This document shows, in pieces, positions 32,351 to 47,551 of a stretch of DNA of 64,000 nt. The notes beneath the pieces are model-generated. The model was not told where the DNA came from, made no database searches, and saw nothing but the letters and a program-made list of their open reading frames with translations. The DNA lies in NCBI RefSeq assembly GCF_009914755.1, contig NC_060938.1; one strand, written 5' to 3'. Each line of letters begins with the position of its first letter. The stretch's first letter is position 1. Made by a program: the position numbers and the translations under genes. Source of the stretch: the human T2T-CHM13v2.0 reference genome, Homo sapiens.

Positions 32351-32643
32351 GGCTCACGCCTGTAACCCCTGCACTTTGGGAGGCCGAGGCGGGTGGATCA
32401 CAAGGTCAGGAGTTCAAGACCAGCCTGGCCAAGACGGTGAAACCCCATCTCTACTAAAAACACAAACATTAGCCTGGCGTGGTGGCGGGTGCCTGTAGTC
32501 CCAGCTACTCGGGACGCTGAGGCACAGAATAGTTTGAACCCGGGAGGCGGAGGTTGCAGTGAGCCGAGATCACGCCACTGCACTCCAGCCTGGGCAACAG
32601 AGCAAGACTGTCTCAAAAAAAATAAATAAATAAATAAATAAAA
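32351..32643 (+). mobile_element. Alu (AluS)
   Basis: Dimer with (TAAA)n tail; TSD ttcagaaccrtaaca. Confidence 0.92.
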
Positions 32644-33619
32644 GTTCAGAACCATAACAGCAAGAACATGACCTAAGCAGGGCCAACCACATGCGCAGCC
32701 TAGCCTTTGCCTCTGGAGCGAGTGGCACAAAAAAGTGGGGAGAGTTCAGTACCCATTCTGGAAGGGGTGGCAGCATCCAGGTCTGCTGGCAGCAGTGATG
32801 CCAGGTCAGCAGCATCGTCACCATGGCTTTGGTTCCAGCCACCCAACTTTCCACAAGTCCTGATCAATTTCTGAGCCTCATTCTCCAACCTTCTCGGACA
32901 TTCAGTGAGCCACCAGATAGCCTTCCAATACATTTCTTTTCTCCTCAATTTAGCTACAGTTAGCTTCTGCTGTGGGCCAACCTAAGACCTGAGCTATGCC
33001 AGCATCTCCTTCTACCTGCACACGGGCTCCTCTGGCCCATGGCCCGGCCCTGCCTGCCCCTTTCTGCACCCCTCTCAGCCGTGCTCCACTGCCCCACCAC
33101 TTGCAGTCCCCAGAGCAAATGGTGTCATGTTGTGCCTCCAGGCCTTGTCTGAGCTGCTCCCTGTACCTAGAATGCCCTGACTCCTTTTGCCACCTGGTGG
33201 ATGCCTACTCGTTTCTCAGCACTCAGCTCAAACAGCTTCTCCAGGACGCCTCTCATTCGTTAATTCCACAGCACTCACCAGGCACAAGTACTGTGCAAGG
33301 CACTGGGGTTTTCCTAAACCTTTCCTGACATGCCTCTCTCTCCTGGCCGTGGTAGAAGTGGCCAGTCCTCTCCTCTGAGCGCAGGAGCCCCCTGAACACC
33401 TTGACATTGATACCTGCAGAGCTTAACTGCTCTTGACTTTTGTAGATGTTTGTCTCCCTCACAGACCATGAGCACCTTAAAGTGGGGACCTGAAGCTTCT
33501 TTATCTTTGTATCCCCAGTACCAAGCACAGAGCCAAGTACACAGTAAGGGCTCAATAAATGCATGAGTGAGTGAAAGAATGAAGAACCTGACAGAACGCA
33601 CCTTATAAACCATGATAGG

Positions 33620-33989
<370 letters not shown>

Positions 33990-34651
33990 TCAGATCCTAA
34001 ATGCCACGTGTCAGCACAGCCTCCTTGGAGAGATGGTAGAAGAAATCTTGTTGAGCCTTTCCACCACCTCTAGTGCAAGTGGAAGAGGGGGTCACCGAGT
34101 GGCTATTGGCTTCTAAGTTGTTCCAGAGCATGTGCTATGGGGAGGCCACAGAGGAAGCAGACACATCTTGCTGGTCGATTCCTTGCAAGCTTCTTATAGT
34201 GGCCTGCAATGGGGAGGCTGAGGAGGGGACATGGAGGGCTAGGCCCTTACTGTAAAGTGTCTGCTGCACATGGGCACTGCCCTCTCCCAGCCCCACACCA
34301 GGGCTGGGTCAACCCAAGCACAAGTTTTTCATCTGCAATCCTGGATGATATAACTGCAGTTTAAAACCTACTCCATGGATCTCCTCTCCATCGCACTCTG
34401 CCCATTTAGTCTAAGAGCCTTTCATGCTTAATCTCATATGATGATTTCCTAACTTACAGCACCCATGACCTTCTCATGAGACACAGGACAATGGAATCTG
34501 TTCACATGTTCATTTAACTTATGCAAATTCAAATGGTCAAGCTTAGCAGAAGACAGAAGACAAAGGAAGACAGGAGGAAGGAGGAAGTTAGGGAGGTAGG
34601 AGGAAAAGGAAAACAAACAAACAAAAAAACAAAATAGAACAAGAAGAAATA

Positions 34652-34959
34652 GCCGGGCATGGTTGGCGCATGCCTGTAATCCCAGCTCTTTGGGAGGCTG
34701 AGGCAGGTGGAGTACTTGAGGTTAGGAGTTCGAGACCAGCCTGGCCAACATGGTGAAACCCTGTGTCTACTAAAAATAAAACAATTAAAAAATTAGCCGG
34801 GTGTGGTGGCGGGTGCCTGTAGTCCCAGCTACTCAGGAGGGTGAGGGAGGAGAATCACTTGAACCCGGGAGACGGAGGTTGCAGTGAGCCTAGATTGCAC
34901 CACTGCACTCCAGCCTGGACGACAGAGCACGATTCCATCTCAAAAAAAAAAAAAAAAAA
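34652..34959 (+). mobile_element. Alu (AluS)
   Basis: Full dimer with A-tail. Confidence 0.92.
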
Positions 34960-35104
34960 GTGCAACTTCTTCCAGAACTAAAGGAGCAGGCTAAGGTGAA
35001 TTGACGCATCAAGAGCCAGTGTGTCTGTTGCCTACCTGGTGCCCTCCTAATATATAATCAAGGTTAATCTTGATTACATTCTTTTATTTTTTTTTAATTT
35101 GTTT

Positions 35105-35720
<616 letters not shown>

Positions 35721-36999
35721 GATTATATTTTTATATTTCATATTACACACTGACTTTAGAATCTGAACCTCAGAAAACGCCACTCCATCAAATTATACTC
35801 TCCCAGTGACAGATCCACTCTCAGTTCTTCCCCCATCCCACCCTCTTCCACTTGCTCTAGAGGTGATGGAAAGGGTCAGGATTTCTTCCACCATCTCTCC
35901 ATGGAAGCTGTGCTGACCACAAGCATTTAGGATCTGACTTCCCCAGTTATGGAGAAAAAGAAAAGTGGCCATAGCCGTAACAGTAGTGACCTTCCCCGTC
36001 ATGGTTTATAAGGGACTATTCCTCGGGTTCTTCATTCTTTCACTCACTCATGCATGGGTATGACCTATCTCAGGAGCTAGGCTTGAAGCCTCCTGGGGGT
36101 AAGGAGCATGTGGCACTCTGCTTTCCACACTCACATGGTTGACAGCACTGCAGCTGTTCCACAAATGGCCGGTGAGGACAGTTGGCCCTGCATTAACTGG
36201 CTGTTCAAAGAGTGCCATGCCTGTGTTCCTGGGCCTTCTCCTGCCTGTGTCTTGGGAACTGGGAGCATTCCTCTGTCTTCTTGGTGTTGTTTAACCCATG
36301 TTCTGCACTTAGAAAACAGTAAGTAATCTTGTTGGCCAACTGAGCCTGGGTAGGAAACTTTGGGGGCTTTGATAGCAATTAAGATCCACTAAGACTACAA
36401 TGAGATAATACAATGGTAAAAGCTATTAAATACGCATCCCACTCTCTTCTTAAAGACCTCTTCTTCACCCCTAGTTTTTTTTGTTTTTTTGTTGTTGTTG
36501 TTGTTGTTAAGTTTCACCTTTTTAAATCTTTGAGTACTGCCTTAGGGAAACTGAGAAGATGGAGTCCTTGGTTTACAAATAGACCTGCTGAAACTGACGA
36601 TTATGATGACTAATTATCAATGCAGGATGGCCAGTGGAAATGGAGAATGGGGTTTGTGCCTGACTCTTCCATTCAACAGCTGTGGGAACTTGGAGAAGGA
36701 ACTTATCCTCTCTAAGCCTCAGTTAAAATGAGAGTTAGCACAGGTTTCCTTCCAAGCTTTAAATCCTTAACCATGGGATTATCGGAGATGCTGTTACTAC
36801 AGTTACTATAAAACTGGGGCTGGATGATAACAGTCCGTAAGATCCTATCCAATTCTAAAAGTTGATTATTTTGTAAAATAGCACATCTGAAAAAATGTTG
36901 ATTTATTAAACTCAGTTTATACATAACTTTTCAGAAATATGTAAATCCCAGTTTCACCCTTTTATGTTTATTAAGAACTTTCAATTAAAACTGACTTCA

Positions 37000-37581
<582 letters not shown>

Positions 37582-37904
37582 TAGAGTAAAAAACAGGAAT
37601 CTACCAGATTCTATTTTTAAATAAAACAAAACGTTAAAAGAATCTAGCTTATACGTGCATTTTATAGTATGTGAATTATTTTTCAAAAAAGAAAGAATCT
37701 GGCTTATGAGGCAAGGTTGTGATTAACAGCATGAGGACTGGCTAAAGGCAACACAGTCCTCCTAGCCAAGTCCAATGCTAGGGTTCAGCCAGGATCTCCC
37801 CAAAACTCAGTTTTATAGTTTAGCCTGGTTTTGTAAGTTCAACACCTATTTGGGCAAAACAAGCATGCGGCCAACCAGGAAGCCTCACTTTGCCCTCCTC
37901 ACAG

Positions 37905-38176
37905 TCTATATATATATATAGATATATGAAGAGAGAGAGAGAATCTCTGTCACCCAAGCTGGAGTGCAGTGGCATGCAATCCTCCTACCTCAGCCTCCCA
38001 AGTAACTGGGACTACAGGCACGTGCCACCGTGCCTGACTAATTTTTTGCATTTTTTTACAGAGAAGGGGTCTTGCCACATTGCCTAGGCTGGTCTTGAAC
38101 TTCTAGGCTCAAGTGATCCTTCCGCCTCAGCCTCCCAAAGTGCTGGGATTATTGGCATAAGCCACCGCACCTGGCT
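37905..38176 (-). mobile_element. (TA)n/(GA)n run plus deleted minus-strand Alu
   Basis: Reverse Alu remnants after the microsatellite. Confidence 0.8.
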
Positions 38177-40346
38177 GTCTTCACAAGTCTTGCCTGCAAG
38201 TTGGTCCTACCTCCTTCTATCAGATTGGTTCCTCAGAAGGTCAGGCCAACCCAAGTAACAAACTATCTCACCTCAGAGCCAGAGCAGAGGTGTAGGGCAT
38301 CACAGGGCAGGCTGACTGGGACAAAAGGAGCCAGGGCCAAAGCTGGGAAGATACTGACAGTCAGGAAAGAGATGCTGGAAATGGAGCAAAACAATGAGGT
38401 GCAAAGCCAGGAGGAGCCTGAGGGCAGCTAACAGGCAGAGGAGGCAGGCTTGGCTTAATGCTCAGAATTGAGACCAGGAACCACGGCCTTTGGTGCTTGG
38501 CTTGGGTGTCCAAGTGGACGAAATCTGATGGCCACTGCTCTTTGTATCAGCATCACAAAACATTTATTGAGACTTGCTATGAGTGGGGCACCAGACCTGG
38601 GGATACAAAGATATATAAAACAGGGCTTCCAGTTTAGTTGAAGAATTGTAGTATTTATTCACCCAAAGGCTCATTTAATTTGCTGAACAGGGGATATGAT
38701 CAAAGTCATGGCCCAAAAGAGAAAGTGAAAATTCTTAGACCAGGACTCAAGGTTTTCCTCAGCACAGGGCCCAGGGTGATGTTGCTGGAGTCCCGGGGGA
38801 GGCCCACAGGGTGGGACAGGGAGAAATTCTCAAGGAGGAGGACACAAACAGGACTGGAAGGGGAGCAGGACTGAGCCAAGCGGATGAGAGGAAAGAGGCA
38901 TTCCAGTCCTCTGGGGAAGCATGGGAGGTAGGAATTCTTGCCATCAGTGGTTTGGACAAACACACAGAGTGGGTCACCGGGTCAGAGCCGAGGGTTAGGA
39001 CGGGAGAGGAGCAAAGGTCAGACCCCTGTGGAGAAGGGCCCTAACTGCCGGCCTAGAAGTTTGATCCTTACCATGCAGACAGTGGGGAGCCATTGAAGGT
39101 TGCTGAGCAGGAAGGTGACCCTTGCAAAGAGGCATTTTAAGTGAGATTACAGAGCAGGCCTTTATCCGAAGCTTATTCAAAGCCCTGTGTGTATTTCAAG
39201 TGGCACTTGAGACAGAAAGTCGTAAAGCGTTTGCCCTGTGTCATGCAGACGAGAAAGAAGAAGGTTTAAGGGGCTCACAAAGAGATGCTTCAGTGAGAAC
39301 AAGAAATGAAGAGGGGCACATTTTAAAGAAGGAAACAAATCTGCAGGACAGAACTGCCAGCCGTGGTGTCTGGAAAACTGTAGCGTGTTCTTAAGCGACT
39401 GGAATGCCCTCTTTAGCTGGGGGTGTTCGGCCTCCTTTTTTGGAGGTGGGTTGTGATGTCAAAACACTGGGTTGTGGTATAGGAAGTGGGGCAGCTAGGA
39501 AGGGGCAGATTAATGGAAATAGCAATACTGGGCCTGGGCAGCCTCCCTTTGAAGACCACCCTCTCCAGGAGACTCCTGCATTGGCTTCTCTCAGTGGCAC
39601 CTCGGGGTTTCCGCCAGAGTTGCTGGGTTGCCTAATTACCTCCAATATTTTTTCCTCTTAGAACAATAAAACTGGTTTTAAAATCTCTTGTCAAGTTTTG
39701 AATCAGCGCTTTTTCACTGTTGTTCCTAATTGTGCATGGCGAGGCAGCAGCCAGGGCTGCTCAGGAGCCGTGAACTAGGCAGCAACTTCAAGTTAAAACC
39801 ACCATTTAGGTAAGGTGAAGGAGGAAGTCAGGGTTATGATTCTGTCTCTGTGTAACAACTTCGGGGCAAGCTCCCTGAATGCAGAGGCAAAGCTGAGCAA
39901 GCCAGGGAAAGGGCCTGAGTTATGCACAAAAATCTGCCATTGGGAACTGAAGGTGAGGGGCCTGCATGTGGCTCCCGCAGCTCCCTGGAGCCTGGCTTCC
40001 TTCTTTCTCTGGCCTTTACAAGAGGCCCCTCCCCTCCACTCTCCCAGCTACACTCTGGAGGGCTTTTGGGGCACTTTTAGTCTCTGTAAATTCTACACGA
40101 ACACAAAGCACTGCAAACTCAAAGCTTTGGGATCAGAAGGGAACGATCCCTTCTCCTGCCCCTCAAGACTACAGCCAGGCACCAGCAGGCCTTCATTATG
40201 GCAGTCCTGGTCAGGTGATCCAGCTAACCAGGACCTTCACAGTCAAGATCAGTAAAAACCAAATGTCTCTAGAAAAGAGGGTTGTGCAACCTGTGGTGAC
40301 TCCTACCATAGTGCTGCTTTTGCTCAAACCTCATTCCCCTGTGGCA

Positions 40347-40476
40347 ACTGTAACCATACATGCCAGACTTTCCAGAACTGTCCTGATTTTACATGTTTGT
40401 CCTCGAGTTTCTGGAAGCACACAGGTACCTGCCAGGGACTGTGCCCTAATCTTTTGGTTTGACAAACGGTCACTGT
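40347..40476. mobile_element. Short hAT-Blackjack MITE (MER81/MER94-like)
   Basis: Termini gtaaccata...acggtcac with internal tgtcc repeats; recognised by similarity only. Confidence 0.5.
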
Positions 40477-41262
40477 GCCCATGACACACACCTGGCACAA
40501 GGCTGCAAAACAGCATTTTTCCTCCAGGTGAAGCTCAGATACTTGGCTGGAAAGGCCAGGCATTGGAGAAACTCCAGTGCACTGGAATCATCAGTACCTG
40601 CCACTCTGAGCAGAGAGGCTGCCCATGCCCAGCATAAGGTGGTACCACCTAGCCACACAGCAACGTAGCTGGGCTGAGTGCTCCCCATGAGCGTCTTCTG
40701 CCTAGGACAGGGAGTTATCAGGTTGAGATTTAGAATGTGAAAACGATGGCCCTGCACAAATCCAATACACGCCTTTTTTACTGTGTTTTAAATCTCTCTA
40801 TACAATTATACCCCTGTAAGGCCCTCAACAAGACACTGTTTGCCTTCTTTCCATACTTGCAGGCTTGGCTCCCTTCCTGCAAGGCAGCATGGCAAATGGG
40901 AGGATCCCTGCTCTGGTCTGTGCCACAGTCCCTGCTAAGAAAGTGGGCCTAGGGTTCCTATGGAGAAGGAGGAGTCACTCCTCTGCCCCTCCCAGACCCA
41001 GACCACCAGCACAGACAAAAGTGCTACCACTTGCACGTTTCCTCTTTGCCCAGCACAATAAAGGAATTAGGACCTACCACCTACTAAGTTTCTGCAGCTG
41101 ACACTTCCAGGCTTAAAGTCTAGCACGCCAGCTCAGTCACACATGGTCTGACGAGTCCTCTTTGCAACTCAGCCCCAACCCAGCCACCCGTGCAATTTTG
41201 CTAATTCAAACAGCTTTCCCGTTTAGAGAGGTTGATAGCCATCTCCCATCTCCTTTTCCTAC

Positions 41263-41270
41263 TGACGTCA
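41263..41270. promoter_or_regulatory. Full palindromic CRE TGACGTCA, about 1.4 kb into intron 1 of the distal isoform
   Basis: Exact 8-mer that retains its CpG, on the CpG-island shore; function is not shown. Confidence 0.4.
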
Positions 41271-41689
41271 TCCCACATTTTCTCCGGAGACAAATAAGGG
41301 TAGAGTTCCTGGGATAGTTTTCAGGCTGCCTAAGATAGGAGTGCAGTGGCCTCCCGAGTCCACCCCACATCTCAGGCTTTGGACAAGTCGTCAAAAGTGA
41401 GAGGGAGGTAATGAAATAAATCACCTAGCTAGGGTTAAAGGGCAAAAAGAATTTGGAGACTGCAGCTCAGACCCAGATCTATCCTGGGCATTTGCAGTGC
41501 AAAGCTGCGTTTTCTTCGCCACTACCGAGGTCTTGCACAATAGCCTGTGTATAAACATCCACGCCAACAATGCCTGACTGTGCAATCACGCTGTAATTAC
41601 AGGCCGGCAGGAAGCTGCTGCTAGGAACTGCACCATTCAACCTCTAGGACACCCCATCTCGAGTCTCCACGGCTCGGACGCACTTTCCT

Positions 41690-43030
41690 GCACACACCAA
41701 CGTGTCCCCGCCGCCGCCGCTACAGTTGCAGTCTCGCCACTGGCCCGGGCCGCCAGCCCCTAGTTACTCTGCAGGAATGTCCCAAACTTCTCAGCTGTTC
41801 TTTAAAAAACCCTGCGCCACGAGGCTACCGAGGGCGGCGGGAACCACCGTCAAAGTTCCTGCAGCACATTCCTGCAGCCCTTGCAGTTTTAGGAAACAGA
41901 AAAGAACGAGATGCCACAGAGTCCGCTGGAAGCGGGTTTCTGAGTTTTATATAGAAAACACTCACATATGTACGTGGGTGTGCTGACAGTTTTTATGGCT
42001 AAATTGCAAAGTGTTAGGCCTTAGCGATCACTGTCAGGTTTGGGACATGGTTGGGAAGGGTAAAGGGGGAGTCAGGAGCGATTCATTTCAAGGGGGCTTG
42101 GGGACAATTCCGGTTTGGTTTTCTGAAAATGCGTAGGGTTGTTTTCCCAAACTTCCGAGCTACTCTGCTCTTCGTCCCAGGAAGGCCAAGCAAATAAAAG
42201 TCCGGGGAAAGTTCCTTTAACTTCCTTCCTGCGCCCTCGACAAGGGCTGCGAAGAGGAAGAGGTCATTTCCCAGGGAAGCACCGGGCAGGGGCCGAGAGC
42301 TGCGCCCAGCCTGCAGGGATGGAGGCGCTGGGCGGAGGGCTGGCTGCAGACGTAGGCCCCGGAAAGCCCCTTCCCCCCACCCTACCTCAGGCCAACGGCG
42401 CCTGGAGCTGGCCCCGCTGCAGCCCTTGCTGTTTGAAGTCCCGCGGCAAAGCGGCGACAACACCGGCGCAGCCCGGCGCCCCGACCCCGGCCGCCGAGCT
42501 CCCTCCCTGCAGCACCCCGGCACCCCAGCGCCCGGCCCAACCCGGCCCGCCGCATCCGCGCCCGCGCGGCCCAGCCCGAGCCCCGGAACGATTCCGAGCC
42601 CCACGCCGGCGCCCGGTGGCGGGAGGGGGCGCCGAGCCCGCGGCTTACCTGCGTGCTGGATCCCCGGGCTGCTCGGAGGGGTGCGGGGCGCAGGCGAGTG
42701 CGGCCCGCAGACTCTAACTTTGTTGCTCTCGGGACGGCGCAGTCGTCACTTCCTCGCGGAGCGGGCGGTGCGGCCCGGGCTGTGCGGCCCGGGCTGTGAC
42801 CCAGCGGCTCGCGCGGTGGCGCGCAGGGCCCTGCAGCCAGCCGCCCCGCCCGCGCCCCCGGCTCCGCGCGCCCCTGGCCCCAGGCGCCGTCTCCCCACTC
42901 TGCGCGCCCTCGGCTGCGGGGTAGCGGGCAGCCCTGCGCTGCCGGCCGCCTAGCCTGCACCCCCCGCCCTGGGAGGGAAGCCTCGCTCCAGCCGCGTCGT
43001 TTCCGCGCCGAAGTGCGATCCGGGGCCCCG
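41690..43030. promoter_or_regulatory. MIDEAS: CpG island, distal (bidirectional) MIDEAS promoter
   Basis: CpG-dense GC-rich block (core about 42380-43030) with GC boxes and an ETS/CRE-like GGAAGTGACG (minus strand, 42744-42753). Confidence 0.9.
42649..42760 (-). other. MIDEAS: Non-coding first exon of the distal MIDEAS isoform; 5' end approximate
   Basis: Consensus donor CAG|GTAAGC on the minus strand (plus strand 'gcttac|ctg', GT at 42648-42647) within the CpG island. Confidence 0.75.
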
Positions 43031-44611
43031 CGCTGGAGTCCCCTGCTCTCAGGCTGGTCTGGAAGGTGGTGGTGGGGTTCAGGGTCCCCGGAAAGCTGGG
43101 GTTCCAGGGTAAACACCAGTACACAAACAAAGCGGTGGGGGAGGGGAAAGAAAAAGTTTTTCCGTTTGGTGTTGGGGCTAAAAGGGTCATGTCAGAAAGC
43201 AGTGTGCTCTATGTGTTCTTAATGCCTAAAGTGGGCCTTAAAACAAGGGTCCCTGTCCCCACGTTCTCTCTAAAAGTCTGCATGATGTCCCTCGTCATTT
43301 CTACGGGTTATAAGTGAGCAAGACGTTTACCACGTATCACACTTCTGGGGGCTATTTCAACGCCCAAGCTGGGGCTGCAGAATGGTTTCTGTTCTAATCC
43401 TCCCCCGCGATTTCCACCTCTTTACACTCAACTCACAGAAAATAGAGTCTGATGCATTCTGTGTTTCATCACCGGTCAAAAGTGACTTTGAGGGTAGGGT
43501 GGAGGCCTGAGAAGGGCAGCTTCAGGCAATAGTAATCCTGAAATTTATCATTGCTCAAAATAAATGTGCTCACCTTATTAAAAAGTACAACGGAAAGCCA
43601 CCTTTAAGATAAGTAGCAACCAAGTCGTTAAACAGCAGTCTTCAAGGAAGAACTCCTGATCTCATAAGGCTGGAGAAAAAACGGGGTTAGCCTTTGCTGG
43701 TGAAAAAAAAAAAAAAAGACATTCGAAACTGCAGTGAAGGGCTTTCATAACAGAAACATTAGCTTCATTGTAGCTTGTCGTGGAAAACAGGGACCTTTTA
43801 ATAGGTGGTTCAAAAGCATCAGTTAGGGCTCAACAATTTTCCTTTTTTCCCCAAATACTGCTTCTCCTAGCACATTGGCCAGATAAAACCTCCCCCCTTT
43901 CAATGCTTCATCTTTTTATGAAAACACAGGAAACCATAAACTTGAGTGAAGGCTTTGTTCAGAAAGGTGGATGTAAGACTGATGGAAAATGACATTTGGG
44001 AAATGATCCCCAGGTCTGTGTTAATCTCTCATGGAAAGCCACAGACTCACCCAAAGATAGGCGTATGAAGATCGAAGCTCTCCTAGCAACATGAAATCCT
44101 CCACGTTGCAGCTGCTACGCCCTAGTTCTGATTTTTACTAAGACATTAATGGCACATTATAAATACAAAATGTGCAATGCAAGAAAAATAATACTGCTTT
44201 GAGAAATAACTGCATCATTAGACTCAATAATTAAAGTTCCCTGAAATTCTTCTTACATCACGCTATTGTGGGGAGATGGTGAAGGGATTGCCCATTTCAA
44301 TTTTGGAATAAATAGAAGTAATTCCTTAGTGCATTCTGCTTAAGGCAACCAATGAGAGAATATGTTAGCCAGGCTTCTAAAGGCAATCATGTGATACTCC
44401 ATATTTGCTAAAACAAGAGCTGAATATTTTTTTTGTTCCATATGCAATTCCAAATTTTCAGTCACAATTTCATGAATATTCAGTATTTCTGCATGCCCAG
44501 GAGTAATTAGCAGACAGTGTAAATGTGTGAAGGCCTGACACTTACACATACATTGCTTTTTTCTCTATGTAAGGTGGCAGTTGCTGGAGTACCAGGGCAC
44601 CAAGTGGAGGA

Positions 44612-45140
44612 TGTGGTAGACAGCCTCTAAGATGCGCCCCCTGCCAATGATCTCTGCCTCCAGGTATTCATACCCTTGTATAATCCTCCCTCCTTAAGTG
44701 TAAGCTGAATCCATTGACTGAGTTCTGACAAATAGAATATGGCCAGTGATGTGATCTTACTTCTGAGACTAGGTTATAAAAAAAAAAAATGCGGCTTCCA
44801 TACTGGGTCCTCTCTATGCCTTTCACTCTCTGGGAACACTCACTGTGGGGGAAGCCAACTGCCACGTCCTAAGGCAGCCTGGTAGAAAGGGAGCTAGGCC
44901 TGCCAACCACCGTTTGAGGGAGCTTGGAAAGGGATGCCTCTCCTTCCCCCCATGTTAATCAAGACTTCAGATAAGACCTTCAACCCCAGCCAACAGCTGA
45001 AGGGCCTCCCTCGGGCCCTTCAGGCAGAGGCACCCAGCTAAGCTGCCTGGATTCCTGACCCACAGAAACTATAAGATAATAAATGTTGTCTTAAGCTGCT
45101 GTGTTTTGAGGAATTCATTACATGGCCACAAATAACAGAG
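44612..45140 (+). mobile_element. MaLR solo LTR (MLT1E/F-like)
   Basis: Starts tgtggtagacagcctctaagatg; ends ...ttcctgacccacagaaactataagataataaatg...taagctgct, typical of MLT1. Confidence 0.78.
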
Positions 45141-45658
45141 ACCAGTAGAGAATCATTGGGGACCCAGTGACAACCCTGCACAGCCTTCCTGATAGAACAT
45201 GGAAAGGAAAGCAGGGGCCAGAGCCAGATCTAAGCATAACACAAACCCCAAGAACAGAAGGCCGAGCTCTCAGTCCTTTTGCAGAGCGAGGGTCATTCTT
45301 GAATTTAAACTAGGTCGGGGGTGTGGACTCCTGCTTGGTCCCAGGCAGCCCTGGTATTGGGTGTCACCTACCTGACAGCACATACAGATGTCTTTGTGTC
45401 ACCAGAATTGACATCTGTCCAGGCATCCTCTTCCTCCTCCTCCAGGCATTTACCCTGATCCCTGAGGGCTTGGCCCAAACAGTGGCTGTGGAGTCAGGGC
45501 TTTGTCCTAGAAGGAGAGTTGGCAAGAAGGGCCTTCAACCCTGGCAGCCAGAAGGGGTAGGCGATTTTGGTTGGGGTGGAGGGTCAAAAAACTAGGAAGA
45601 AAGGCTTGTGGTCCTGCTGTTGAAGAGCAAGTCGTGGACTATCTCTGATAAGGATTAC

Positions 45659-45820
45659 CTCCACACTGCTGCCAGGGCGAGGGAGAACATTCTGTCCACG
45701 TGATGGTGTCTTTCTCTCAGCATCATTTCCTCTCTGGCTGGAACAAATTATTTACTTTTAAAATATAAAACAAAGTTTCAGGAAGCAGGAGAGATGTCAT
45801 ACTCCATCCCTGACCAGGGC
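45659..45820 (-). other. Possible minor upstream alternative first exon of MIDEAS
   Basis: Minus-strand donor GAG|GTAATC at 45659/45658. The extent is based on recalled annotation extending about 3 kb beyond the distal island. Confidence 0.35.
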
Positions 45821-46472
45821 AGGAATCTACTTGTGATTGCCCCCACGGCTCCCTCCCTTCAGTCTATCCAGTACAAGCCAGCAATTGTAGAGGCCGTTTC
45901 TGTTTTCCCTCCAGAGACACTAGGCTCTGATTTTTCTCATGTGCAGTGGCCGCAGCTGCTGTGTTGCCATGCCGTCATCCGGTTGCTATGACTTGTGAGG
46001 TTGTGGATGTGCCAGAACGTGAATCTATTAATTTAACAGGAACTAGGCTCAGCACATATATTCCTTGTTAGGTCATTTGCTTTGCTACCTAAACCACATC
46101 CAATGTGTTCAGCAATGGGCATGTTTCCTAGAGTCTGGCTTTGCAAGAATGCCAAATGCCCCAAATTTTGAGTCTGCACAGTCAGTTTTATATAATTAAT
46201 TTACTGCGAAGGACAGAAAGGCATTCTAGCATGGGGATGCAAGCACATCGTTTCAGGGAAAAAAACCAAGGAGGGGGAAATGGTTAAAGTCGCTGGTCCT
46301 AATTCTTTATGCATTTAAGTCTTCTCTGCAGGAGGTGTATATACTCCTCCCTGAGCCCAGGTTGCTCACCACCAAGGTCTGAGCTCTCCAACACCACGCT
46401 AGGCATCGTGTGCCACCATAGAGGGAAATACCATCCTTTTCTTTTGTGTTGAGCACACAGACAAGCATTGTC

Positions 46473-46796
<324 letters not shown>

Positions 46797-47224
46797 CAGA
46801 CAGGCGTTTTCCACTCACTCCTTCAGTTAATGCTCACTGGGTGTCTATTACTGTGTATGCTAGGGATGCAGAGATGAAAAGGACAAAGTCCCTAGTGGGA
46901 GAGAATGACATACATTGCAATGCAGTATGAGAAGTATTTGAGTTGAGCTTTGCAGAGAGCACTATGAGATCTCAGAGAAGGGGGAAAGTAAGTCTGAGGA
47001 GAGGGGTTATGGGTCACCACCAGGGTGTTTCTTTTTACAAAAAGAGAATATATTAAAAATTAACTGGATGTATTGCATCAAGTAATAATAAGTATTGTTT
47101 TGTGTAGCATTTGTTTCAGTTAGGTACTATATATGTACATTCGTGCAGTGTCAGAATGTAAAACAAATTTCCTACATTCAGACAAAGAAGTGTGAAAGTT
47201 CTCGGTTTAGAGAGTGATAAATAA

Positions 47225-47551
<327 letters not shown>

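Noticed and set aside
42083-43190. ORFs of 158-244 aa over the distal island
   Set aside because: Same GC-composition artefact; the region is better explained as a promoter and non-coding first exons.
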